From Chloroflexota bacterium (GTDB taxonomy: Bacteria > Chloroflexota > UBA11872 > VXOZ01): a DNA stretch of 64,000 nucleotides. The notes under the pieces were generated by a model. It was not told the DNA's origin and ran no database searches. It saw nothing but the letters and a program-made list of their open reading frames with translations. Of the stretch, positions 1 through 8,815 are shown piece after piece (the first letter of the stretch is position 1; each line of letters starts with the position of its first letter). The translations under genes were made by a program, and so were the position numbers. The stretch is from positions 1,408,001-1,472,000 of the forward strand of contig OY760183.1 in the NCBI GenBank assembly GCA_963663275.1, in the 5' to 3' direction.

Positions 1-217
1 GCTCGGACGCCCGCTCCAGCATGGCCTGGGAGGTGTCGATGCCGGTCACGTCGTAGCCGCGCTGCGCCAGCGGAGCCAAGGCGCGGGCCGTGCCGCAGCC
101 AAGCTCGACGATAGGGCCGCCCGTCCGCGCCGCCAGGCTATGCCAGAAGGCGGCATCCTCATCCCAGTCGTCGTATTCCAGATCGTAGAGGCGGGCGAGG
201 TCGTCTGTCTCGAGCAT
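1..217 (-). CDS. Class I SAM-dependent methyltransferase (5' part; runs off window start)
   Basis: Manual translation from ATG at 217: MLETDDLARLYDLEYDDWDEDAAFW...IVELGCGTARALAPLAQRGYDVTGIDTSQAML; SAM motif I (ELGCGT) and motif II (VTGID). Confidence 0.85.
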   Translation of the reverse strand, partial: MLETDDLARLYDLEYDDWDEDAAFWHSLAARTGGPIVELGCGTARALAPLAQRGYDVTGIDTSQAMLERASE

Positions 218-266
218 AGTGAACCGTTGCTGAATTCGCTGCGGACGCGCCGCCGCGCGGCGCCGC

Positions 267-881
267 CTACTTGCGCGCCAGGAAGAGCGATTCCACCACG
301 GCGGCGAGCGCGGAGATGAGAATGAACATCGTCATGTTCCAACTGCCCACCAGCAGCAGGCTCAGATTGGCGACCAGAAAGCTCGCCAGCAGAAAGGAGT
401 GGCCGGCCACCAGCACGGGATTGCCCTGCACCAACCGCGAGGGCGCGAACCACGAGAAGATGCGGTGCATGACCGGCAGGCTGGTGACGAAGATGGCGCC
501 GAAGACCGCGGCCAGAAAGAGCACGCGGCTGCCGCTCTGCGCCGGATCCTGGGTAACCATCACCCACGTCAGGGCGAGCCAACTTGCGCCGATCAGGGCC
601 AGCATGATGACTGCCCGCACCAGCCACGCCGGCACGAACCGGCGCAACGAGAAAGCTCTCCTGGGCCGTGGGGTGCGCCGCGGGCGGGGGCGCCTGGCGG
701 GAGCGGCCGCGGGCGCCGCTTCCGGGGCGGTCGCGTTCGTCAAAGTCGCCGCGGCGTTCAGCGAGGACTTGGAAGTAAGGAGCGGCTCGATGCGCGGTGA
801 AGCCGGCGGCCTTGCCGTTGAGGGAACTGCCCGGCGCAGGCGCGCGCGCCGCGACTGACGCTGCTCTACCAAAGAAGACAT
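267..881 (-). CDS. Hypothetical membrane protein (Arg/Pro-rich N-terminus, about 4 TM helices)
   Basis: 204-aa ORF with four hydrophobic segments in the C-terminal half; co-oriented with the methyltransferase. Confidence 0.7.
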   Translation of the reverse strand: MSSLVEQRQSRRARLRRAVPSTARPPASPRIEPLLTSKSSLNAAATLTNATAPEAAPAAAPARRPRPRRTPRPRRAFSLRRFVPAWLVRAVIMLALIGASWLALTWVMVTQDPAQSGSRVLFLAAVFGAIFVTSLPVMHRIFSWFAPSRLVQGNPVLVAGHSFLLASFLVANLSLLLVGSWNMTMFILISALAAVVESLFLARK

Positions 882-987
882 GCTTATCCTTGGGTTAGCG
901 GTAGGCTAGCGGGGTGGATTCATACTAGCATACGGCGGCGCGCCCGGCAAGGAATGGGGCGCTCTTCCCTCGTGAATTACCGCGCTG

Positions 988-1016
988 TTGACCGCTCCCG
1001 CGCCGCGCCCTATCAT
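988..1016 (+). promoter_or_regulatory. Putative sigma70-type promoter of the NUDIX gene
   Basis: TTGACC-17 nt-TATCAT, 40 nt upstream of ATG 1056. Confidence 0.5.
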
Positions 1017-1055
1017 CAAGCAAGAGTAATTCGTCAGCCCGGGCAAGTGAGGAAC

Positions 1056-1679
1056 ATGGCAGGACTCCCCACGGTACCCAACTACTTTCGCTACTGTCCC
1101 CGCTGCGGGCAGGCGCTCTCGCTGCGGCCGGAAGGCGGGCGGCAGCGCGCCTCCTGCGGGGCGTGCGGCTTCATCCACTTCAGCACCTTCTCGCTGGGCG
1201 TGGGCGGCATCGTGGTGCGCGACAACAAGGTGCTCTTCATCCGGCGCGGCCAGGATCCCGGCAAGGGCCGCTGGACAATTCCCGGCGGCTACGTGGAGCA
1301 GGACGAACCGTTCGAGGAAGCGGTGGTGCGCGAGGTCTTGGAGGAAACCGGCGTCCGCAGCGAGGTGATCGGCCTGCTGGCCGCCCGCAATAGCCTTCAC
1401 GAGCGCGATAGCAACGTCTATATCGTGTTTGCGCTGAAAGACCTGGGGGGAGGGCCGGAGTGCGACGGGGTGGAGGTCGACCGCGCCGAGTTCCTGGCTG
1501 CCCACGAATACGAGGCGCTGGCGGAACTTGCGCCGGTAAGCAAGTACTTCGCCCAAATGGCGCTGGAGACCCCGGCGGCGCCGCTAACCGCTTCGGCGTT
1601 CGCGGGCCAGACCAGCGGCTACGCCTACTCGATGTTCGACATCGCCGGATTCGATCCCCACGCGCTGGACCTGGATTGA
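1056..1679 (+). CDS. NUDIX hydrolase with N-terminal zinc ribbon
   Basis: CPRCG...CGACG zinc ribbon; Nudix box GGYVEQDEPFEEAVVREVLEETG; GAGG RBS before ATG 1056. Confidence 0.9.
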   Translation: MAGLPTVPNYFRYCPRCGQALSLRPEGGRQRASCGACGFIHFSTFSLGVGGIVVRDNKVLFIRRGQDPGKGRWTIPGGYVEQDEPFEEAVVREVLEETGVRSEVIGLLAARNSLHERDSNVYIVFALKDLGGGPECDGVEVDRAEFLAAHEYEALAELAPVSKYFAQMALETPAAPLTASAFAGQTSGYAYSMFDIAGFDPHALDLD

Positions 1680-1758
1680 GCGGGGCCTGCCGCTGAGCGG
1701 GGTCTGTCGCGCCAACTGCGCACAGGCCTGTAGGGAACGCCCCGTCTGCAAAGCCGGA

Positions 1759-2514
1759 CTAGCCCTGATCGAGAAGTTGCGCTCTCAAGCGGGCAAGTTC
1801 GGCTTCGGCTTCGAGGCGCGCTTGGCGTTCGGTTTCAACACGGGCTTCGGCGTCGAGACGTGCCTGCGCCTGGGCTTCCGCGCGGGCCTCGGCCGCTTCG
1901 CGTTTGCCTATCGTCCTGCCGGTCGCGGGGTCGAGCGCGTCGAACTCCCGGCCGTCCCAGGAGAACACCACGTCCAGCAACGCGCTGTACGCCCGCACGG
2001 TGCCTTCTGCCCCAATCTCCAACTCGTACGGGGCATATTTGCCGTCCACCAACCGGTCTCCTGCCAGCGGCTGGCCGTACAACGTGCCGCCTGTCGGGTC
2101 CATCCGCCAGTACTCCGCTATGCCCAACCGCTCGTAGAGCGCGCGCTTCACTCCCAGATCGCGCTCAGCGGTGCTCTTGGACGCCACCTCCAGCACGAAG
2201 TCCGGCGGCTTCCCAATCTCCCAGATCCAGTAGTTGGGCAGGTTCTCGTAGATCGCTTCCACGTCTACTCCGAACGCGATATAGCAGTCGGGAGCAATCC
2301 GCTGGTTGCCGTCTTCAGGATTGTAGAAGACGAAACCGCCGCTGGAGACGAACACGTCGGGCGCGTCCTCGTAGCGTTCGACGAGCAGATGCGTGATACG
2401 GCGAATGAACGGGTCTTGCAGCATGCCGTCCTCGATTGGCTCCGGGTCTTCATAGAAGATGTCCGGCAGCGTTCTTACTTTCCAGGCGTTGGTGATAGTT
2501 CCGGTTGTTGCCAT
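1759..2514 (-). CDS. Uma2 (DUF820) family PD-(D/E)XK endonuclease-like protein with C-terminal coiled coil
   Basis: APDCY, PPDFVLEVAS and YERLGIAEYW motifs; AEARAE-type tail; GGAGG RBS. Confidence 0.85.
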   Translation of the reverse strand: MATTGTITNAWKVRTLPDIFYEDPEPIEDGMLQDPFIRRITHLLVERYEDAPDVFVSSGGFVFYNPEDGNQRIAPDCYIAFGVDVEAIYENLPNYWIWEIGKPPDFVLEVASKSTAERDLGVKRALYERLGIAEYWRMDPTGGTLYGQPLAGDRLVDGKYAPYELEIGAEGTVRAYSALLDVVFSWDGREFDALDPATGRTIGKREAAEARAEAQAQARLDAEARVETERQARLEAEAELARLRAQLLDQG

Positions 2515-2594
2515 TAGAGAACCTCCAGCATCGGGTCGTTTGGTCGGGAGCGCCGCTAGCCTCACTCTTGATTAATGTGCGCCGCCGCGCCTGA

Positions 2595-3188
2595 TTAGCC
2601 GGGGACAAGCCGGTCAACTTCCAGGATAGCGTCCGGTAACGCCTGCGGCGCAATGCTTGCGCCGGCCCCGGCATGACGCACTCTGGCGTATGCGTCGCCT
2701 TCCGGTTCGGTGTAGGCTTCGATACGGCGGTTCTGCCGCGTGATGATCCACACCTCCGGGATGCCGGCGCGGGCGTAGGCGGAGAGTTTGGCGCCGCGAT
2801 CGTAGTCAACGGTGGTGTCGGCAACCTCGATCAACAGCAGCACGTCAGCGGGGCCGGGATGTCCTCCCTGATAGAAGTCGTCCCGCCAGCGCAGCAGCAT
2901 CACGTCCGGCTGGGGCTCGCTGCGATCGTTCAAGCGCGTCGGGCCCTGGACGCTGACGATGGCCCGCCCCTGCAACGGGGGAACTATGGCATTGTTAAGT
3001 CGCAAAACGCTCGATGCGTGCCAGTCGCCAATAGGCGGCATAACGATGATGTCTCCCTCCAGCAGTTCAACCCGCTCGTTCTCGCCCAAGATGCCAACCT
3101 CGGCCAAGGCGTAGTACTCGGCCACCGTGAAGCGGCGGCGGGCCGGCGCTAACGCTGGAGGAGTGGAGGTTGTGGCTACAGCGGACAT
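2595..3188 (-). CDS. Uma2 (DUF820) family endonuclease-like protein
   Basis: RVELLEGDI, EPQPDV, LLIEVAD and YARAGIPEVW motifs. Confidence 0.9.
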   Translation of the reverse strand: MSAVATTSTPPALAPARRRFTVAEYYALAEVGILGENERVELLEGDIIVMPPIGDWHASSVLRLNNAIVPPLQGRAIVSVQGPTRLNDRSEPQPDVMLLRWRDDFYQGGHPGPADVLLLIEVADTTVDYDRGAKLSAYARAGIPEVWIITRQNRRIEAYTEPEGDAYARVRHAGAGASIAPQALPDAILEVDRLVPG

Positions 3189-3340
3189 GGCAACGCTCCC
3201 AGCGGTAAGATACCTCTTCAGTCAAGCCAGAGCGCCAAGGTGAAACGAATGGAGCCGGTCTCTCCTCGACGCGCTTTCAATTGTACCAGTCCAACTTAGG
3301 CTGCAAAGGAAGCAGGCAAGTCCCAGGCCGCGCGCGCCGC

Positions 3341-5758
3341 TCAGTTTCCTCGTTGCGGACGGTCGGCGCGCACGTCGCGCTGTACGCCCACCACGCCGCC
3401 GACGCGCTCGATCTTGGCCATCAGGTCGGCCAATCTGCCCACGCCGGTGACTTCCACCGTGAACGTAATCGTCGCCGTGCCGCCGTCGGTGTGGACGTTG
3501 GCGGCGCTGATGTTGAACTTCTCTTCCGTCACAACGGCGCTGATGTCGCGCAGCAGACCGGGCCGGTCCATGCACTCGGCGCGCAGGCCGACCGGGTAGA
3601 GCGCCTGCCGCTTGCTGGCGCGCGACCAGGAGACGCCAACCTCCGTTCCGGGCGGCCCGGCCTGGCGCACGCGGCGGCAGTCGTTGCGGTGTACCTCCAC
3701 GTTGCCGTCCACGATGTAGCCCTTGATCTTGTCGCTGGCCTGGGGGCCGCAGCACTGCGCCAGATGGAGCGGCAGATTGCGGGCCTCGGGGGAGACGACC
3801 TGGTCGCCCCAATCCACCGGCACCAGGCGTTCTTTATCCTTCACGCTGTGCACGTTGCGGCAGTCCCGGCGGTGCACGGTAACGCCGCGTCCGCGGGTAA
3901 TGTAGCCGACGATGTGATCGCCGGGCAGCGGCTTGCAGCAGGTTGCCAGGCGGGTGAGCATGTTGCCCTCGCCCATCACCTGCACCGTGCCGGTGGTTCT
4001 ATCCGTGCGCGGTTCCGTGGGCAGGATTTCCGGCTCTACCGTTGCGGGCGCGGCCCGCTCGCCGGAGCGGCTCAGGTTTGCCACCACCTGCTGGGTGGAA
4101 ATGGCGCCGTAGCCAATGGCCGCAAACAGGTCCTCCGCCGTATTGAAGGTGAAGGACTTGCACAGCGTGCGGAAGCGCGCCTGATCGACGCTGTTCAGAT
4201 CTCCCTGGCCCAGCCGCCTGATTTCTTTGTCCAGCATCTCTTTGCCGCGGCCGACGTTCTCGGCGCGTTCCTGCTTCTTAAACCATTGGCGGATGCGCTC
4301 GCGGGTGTGGCTGCTCTTGACGACGTTGATCCAGTCGCGGCTGGGGCCTTTGGGCGCTTTGCTCACCTGGATGTCAACCACGTCGCCGTTCTGCAGTTCC
4401 GTATCCAGCGGCCTGATCTGGCCGTTAATCTTGGCGCCCAGGCAGCGGTGTCCCACGTCGGTATGGATGCGGTAGGCAAAGTCAATCGGCGTAGAGCCGG
4501 CCGGCAGGTCTTTCACGTCACCGCGAGGCGTAAAGACGAAGACCTGGTCCTCGAAGATGTCCGCCTTGACGGTCTCCACAAAGTCCCGCGCGCTGGAAAG
4601 CTCTTCCTGCCAGGTGAGCAACTGGCGCAGCCAGGCCAGGCGTTCCTCCACGTTGCCGCCGCGCTCGCCCTCTTTGTAGCGCCAATGAGCGGCCACGCCA
4701 AGCTCCGCTTCCTGGTGCATGTGCTGGGTGCGGAGTTGCACCTCCACCGGCTGGCCGCGCGGGCCAATCACGGCGGTATGCAGCGAGCGGTAGTTGTTCG
4801 ACTTGGGCACCGAAATGTAGTCGTCGAACTGGCCGGGTATCGGCTTCCACAGCGTATGCACCAGTCCCAGCGCGGCGTAGCACTGCTGCACGGTGCTGAC
4901 GACCACGCGCACGCCGATCAGGTCGTAGATTTCCTGGATGCCCACGCCTTTGCGCTGCATCTTGAACCAGGTGCTGGTGATGTGCTTCGGCCGGCCGCTC
5001 ACCTCGCCCTGGATGCCCGCGCGGTCGAGTTCGCGCATGAGGGTCTGCGACGCTTCCTGCAGCACGTCGTGCTGCGCCAGGGAGCTTTCGGCCAGGGTGG
5101 CTTCGATCTGCCGATAGTCATCCGGATGGAGTACCGCGAAGGCGGCGTCCTCCAACTGCCACTTCCACTGCCCCATGCCCAGTTGGTTTGCCAGCGGCGC
5201 GTAGATTTCCAGGGTTTCCTGGGCCTTGCGGCGCTGGCGCTCCGGTTTCACGTAGGCCAGGGTGCGCATGTTGTGCAGGCGGTCCGCCAGCTTGACGATC
5301 ACCACCCGAATGTCCCGGGCCATGGCCAGGAACATCTTGCGCAGGTTTTCGGCCTGGGTATCCTCCAGGTTGAGGAAGTCGAGTTGGGTCAGCTTGGTGA
5401 CGCCGTCCACCAGCAGCGCCACGTCGTCGCCGAACTGGGCGCGAATGTCGTCCAGCGTGACGTCGGTATCTTCAACGCAGTCGTGGAGCAAGCCGGCGCA
5501 GATCGTGCTGGCGTCCATGCGGATTTCGGCCAGCAGGAGGGCGGTGCAGAGCGGATGCTGGGCAAAGGGCACGCCGGACTTGCGCATCTGGCCGGCGTGG
5601 GCGCGGGCGGCGAACGCATAGGCCTGGCGGATGCTGTCGCGCTCCCGCTTGCGCGCCGCCGGCTGCTCGCCGGCATAGGCGGCTACGGCCGCGAGCAGTT
5701 CGTCGACCGTGTGCAAGCGCGTCTCCGGGAGTGACGCGGCAGTGTGGGCGAGCGCCAT
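3341..5758 (-). CDS. rel: Long RSH (p)ppGpp synthetase/hydrolase (HD-SYNTH-TGS-ZFD-ACT)
   Basis: HD motif LLHDCVED, KLADRLHNMRTL, RPKH, YRSLHT, EVQLRT, TGS (TPIDFAYRIHT), C-terminal ACT (DRPGLLRDI). Confidence 0.95.
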   Translation of the reverse strand: MALAHTAASLPETRLHTVDELLAAVAAYAGEQPAARKRERDSIRQAYAFAARAHAGQMRKSGVPFAQHPLCTALLLAEIRMDASTICAGLLHDCVEDTDVTLDDIRAQFGDDVALLVDGVTKLTQLDFLNLEDTQAENLRKMFLAMARDIRVVIVKLADRLHNMRTLAYVKPERQRRKAQETLEIYAPLANQLGMGQWKWQLEDAAFAVLHPDDYRQIEATLAESSLAQHDVLQEASQTLMRELDRAGIQGEVSGRPKHITSTWFKMQRKGVGIQEIYDLIGVRVVVSTVQQCYAALGLVHTLWKPIPGQFDDYISVPKSNNYRSLHTAVIGPRGQPVEVQLRTQHMHQEAELGVAAHWRYKEGERGGNVEERLAWLRQLLTWQEELSSARDFVETVKADIFEDQVFVFTPRGDVKDLPAGSTPIDFAYRIHTDVGHRCLGAKINGQIRPLDTELQNGDVVDIQVSKAPKGPSRDWINVVKSSHTRERIRQWFKKQERAENVGRGKEMLDKEIRRLGQGDLNSVDQARFRTLCKSFTFNTAEDLFAAIGYGAISTQQVVANLSRSGERAAPATVEPEILPTEPRTDRTTGTVQVMGEGNMLTRLATCCKPLPGDHIVGYITRGRGVTVHRRDCRNVHSVKDKERLVPVDWGDQVVSPEARNLPLHLAQCCGPQASDKIKGYIVDGNVEVHRNDCRRVRQAGPPGTEVGVSWSRASKRQALYPVGLRAECMDRPGLLRDISAVVTEEKFNISAANVHTDGGTATITFTVEVTGVGRLADLMAKIERVGGVVGVQRDVRADRPQRGN

Positions 5759-5778
5759 GGGAAGAGCCTTGCGTTCTC

Positions 5779-7509
5779 TTATGCGTCGTGGGCGCCGCGG
5801 TCGAATCCGGCCACCTGCAAATCTTGCAGCACGAACTCCAGCCGGGAATAGCCGCCCCACGTGTTCTCTTGCAACGAATATACCACATCGAGGGCCTGGC
5901 CTCTTGCCAATGCCCGGCCCCGGTCGGCCATGCGGAAGCCGATGCCCGTCACCGACGCGCCGCCGAGGTCGAACGTGGCGCGCAGGTGGTTGGCGCCGAC
6001 GGTGCGCTTGCCGCTCAGCGTCAGGCCGCGGCTGAGGAAGCGCGGCTCCGGATTGCTTGCGCCAAAGGGGGCGAGGACGTTGACCTCATCGAGCACGTCG
6101 AGGCTCATCCGCTGCGCGGACACTTGGCAGTCGATGGCCAGTTGCGGTTGCAAGGCGGCGCGCTCCAGCAGCCGGCGCGCGTCGGTTTGCAGCCCGGAGC
6201 GCAGCGCGGCGCGGTTCGCTGGCGCCACGGCAAAGCCGGCCGCCTGGGGATGCCCGCCGTGGCGCCGCATCAGGCCGCCGTGGGCGGCCAGCGCGGCGGC
6301 AATGTCGTAGCCCTGGATGCTGCGGCAGGAACCCACGGCTTCGTCTTTGCCCACGGCGACGGCGAGCGTGGGTTTGCCAAACTCTTCGGCGAGTCTGCCC
6401 GCCACCAGCCCGATGATGCCGGCCGGCCAGTCGGCGCCTTCCACCCAGAGCAGCGCCTCGTCCTCCTGGGACGGTTCCACCTGTTGGCGCGCTTCATCGA
6501 TGAGGCGCTGCGTCTCGTCCTGGCGTAGCCGGTTGAGTTGCTGCAATTCCGCCGCCAAGTCACGCGCGTGCGCCGGGTCTTTCGTCGTCAAGAGTTCGAA
6601 TGCCAGGCGGGGATGCGCCATGCGGCCGGCGGCGTTGAGGCGCGGGGCCAGCGTGAAGCCAATGCTGCGGCTGTCGATGGCCGACTGCTCTATGCCGGCG
6701 ACGTCCATGAGCGCCACCAGTCCCGGCTGCGTCGTGCGCCGCAGCGCCTGAATGCCGGCGGCGACCAGCGCGCGGTTTTCGCTGCGCAAGGGCACCACGT
6801 CGGCCACCGTGGCGAGCGCGGCGAGCGCGCGGAGTTCGGCAATGGCGAAAGACTGGGCTTCGCCGCCGCCGCCTGCCGCCGACAGGAGCGCGCAGCCTAG
6901 CTTGTAGGCCAAGCCGGCCCCGCAGAGTTCCGCGAAAGGATAGGCGCAATCGGGCAGCCAGGGATTGATGATCGCCCGCGCCGCAGGCAGAACCGGCGGC
7001 GGCTGGTGGTGGTCGGTGACGATCACGTCCATGCCCCGCGCCGCCGCCGCGGCAACCGGTTCAACGGCGCTGATGCCGCAGTCCACGGTGATGAGCAGTT
7101 CGACGCCTTGCGCGGCCAGCGTTTCGATGACGCGCTCGGTCAGGCCGTAGCCGTCCGCGACCCGGTCCGGCAATTGCACGACGGCGGGCGCGCCCAGTCT
7201 CTCCAGCGCCTCTTTGAGAATCACGGCGGCGGTGATGCCGTCGGCGTCGTAGTCGCCAAAGACGCCGATGCGCTCGCCGTCCCGGACCGCCCGCAGGATG
7301 CGCTCAACCGCCGCATCCATGCCCTTCAGGAGAAACGGGTCGTGCTCCCGCGCGTCCTCGCCGGTGAAGAAGCCCTGGATGGTCTCCGGTGTGGTGTAGC
7401 CCCGGTTGTAGAGCAGTTGCACGACCAGGGGATTGCGGGCCGGGAACGCGGTGAAGAGCGAGTCCGGCGCGCGGGCCGCTACCTGCCACTGAAACTGGGG
7501 CGCGAGCAT
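5779..7509 (-). CDS. recJ: Single-stranded-DNA exonuclease RecJ
   Basis: GDYDADG, TVDCG, TDHH, TVADVVPL, PRLNAAGR and GGHPQAAG motifs. Confidence 0.95.
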   Translation of the reverse strand: MLAPQFQWQVAARAPDSLFTAFPARNPLVVQLLYNRGYTTPETIQGFFTGEDAREHDPFLLKGMDAAVERILRAVRDGERIGVFGDYDADGITAAVILKEALERLGAPAVVQLPDRVADGYGLTERVIETLAAQGVELLITVDCGISAVEPVAAAAARGMDVIVTDHHQPPPVLPAARAIINPWLPDCAYPFAELCGAGLAYKLGCALLSAAGGGGEAQSFAIAELRALAALATVADVVPLRSENRALVAAGIQALRRTTQPGLVALMDVAGIEQSAIDSRSIGFTLAPRLNAAGRMAHPRLAFELLTTKDPAHARDLAAELQQLNRLRQDETQRLIDEARQQVEPSQEDEALLWVEGADWPAGIIGLVAGRLAEEFGKPTLAVAVGKDEAVGSCRSIQGYDIAAALAAHGGLMRRHGGHPQAAGFAVAPANRAALRSGLQTDARRLLERAALQPQLAIDCQVSAQRMSLDVLDEVNVLAPFGASNPEPRFLSRGLTLSGKRTVGANHLRATFDLGGASVTGIGFRMADRGRALARGQALDVVYSLQENTWGGYSRLEFVLQDLQVAGFDRGAHDA

Positions 7510-7732
7510 ATAGTTTCCTTGCGTGAAGTGTCAATCCAGTAAGCCTTTGCAGGTATTATACCACGCGCGGCAGCGCGCGTACCCCGGCGCATGGGCCGCG
7601 GAGGATGAGCATTTCTTGTCACGCTTGAGGCGCATCGCGGAGGGGCGTTGGCCAATGCCGTCCGTCGGCCTCGGGGCTCTCCACCCGTTCGCCCGGATTC
7701 TGCCCAACGCCGTTCGCCTGGAACCTGTCACT

Positions 7733-7760
7733 CCCGTTCGCCCTGAGCGTGTCGAAGGGC
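7733..7760. repeat. REP-like element of the CCGTTCG..CTGAGC..GTCGAAG family (also 61709-61803, 63347-63380)
   Basis: cccgttcgccctgagcgtgtcgaagggc; related copies cccgttcgtgctgagcccgtcgaag and ttcgacaggctca/ttcgacgcgctcagg. Confidence 0.65.
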
Positions 7761-7882
7761 AGGTCCGCGCAGTGCGGAGCAGAGGCGGGCGGCAATGGGT
7801 AGTCACGCGCTGAGAATTTGTGCTATCGTCCCCGTAGAGGATGCGAAGCGGCAACGCCGCCAGCGGCACGGAAAGGCGAACG

Positions 7883-8776
7883 ATGCTACGGATCGCGCGG
7901 GAGCACTATACGTACAGCTTCGACAAAGACGCGCCGGCAATCGCCGAAATTAAGTCCGGCGACCGCCTCACGCTCGAGACGCATGACTCCTCTACCGGCC
8001 GCATCAAGCGCCGCGAAGACCTGGACTACTACCTCTCCGTGCGCAAGACCCGCGAATCGAACCCGGCCTGCGGGCCGGTGACGGTGCGCGGCGCCATGCC
8101 CGGCGACGGGCTGAACGTCCGTATCGAGCAGATCAAGCTGGTGCCGCCCGGCATCCTGCGCTTTACGCCGGGGTTCGGCATTCTGAACGACGCGGCGGAG
8201 GCGCCCGCGATCGTGATGGTGGACGTGGAAGGCGATACCCTCGTGCTGGACAACGGCATTCGCCTGCCGGCGCGCCCCATGGTCGGCGTGGTGGGCACGG
8301 CGCTGCCGGACCGGGTGGTCTACACTGCCGATCCGGACATAAACGGCAGCAACATGGACTGCAACAGCATTGCCGAAGGCACGGTGGTGCACGTGCCGGT
8401 ATGGGTACCGGGCGCGCAGTTCGGCCTGGGCGACGTGCACGCCGCCATGGGCGACGCGGAATCCACCGGCGGCGCGATTGAAATCTCCGCCGACGTGACC
8501 GTGCAAATAGACGTCGTGAAAAACGCCGGTTGGGAGAAGGTGTGGTGGGAGACGGACGATTCCTGGATTACCTACGGCCACGGCGAGACGCTGGAAATCG
8601 CTACGCGCGCGGCGGTGGCGGACATGTCCGGGCTGCTTTCGCGGCAACTGGACGTGCCTTTCCATGAGGGCTTCATGCTCATCAGCGCCTATGGCGACGT
8701 GCGCATCGGCCAAGCCGCCAACTGCGGCCTGGACGTGACATCCTGGGTAGAATTTCCTAAAGTAACCAAAGAGTGA
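7883..8776 (+). CDS. Acetamidase/formamidase family protein
   Basis: NPACGPVTVRGAMPGD, GSNMD and GDVHAAMGDAE motifs. Confidence 0.9.
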   Translation: MLRIAREHYTYSFDKDAPAIAEIKSGDRLTLETHDSSTGRIKRREDLDYYLSVRKTRESNPACGPVTVRGAMPGDGLNVRIEQIKLVPPGILRFTPGFGILNDAAEAPAIVMVDVEGDTLVLDNGIRLPARPMVGVVGTALPDRVVYTADPDINGSNMDCNSIAEGTVVHVPVWVPGAQFGLGDVHAAMGDAESTGGAIEISADVTVQIDVVKNAGWEKVWWETDDSWITYGHGETLEIATRAAVADMSGLLSRQLDVPFHEGFMLISAYGDVRIGQAANCGLDVTSWVEFPKVTKE

Positions 8777-8815
8777 CACCGGCGCGGTTCCTATCACGAA
8801 GACGTGGAGGATGCG

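Noticed and set aside
3281-5734. 817-aa plus-strand ORF and similar long antisense ORFs (13861-15174, 28336-29856, 32033-33511, 44610-45941)
   Set aside because: Shadow frames opposite well-supported genes in high-GC DNA, with no family motifs
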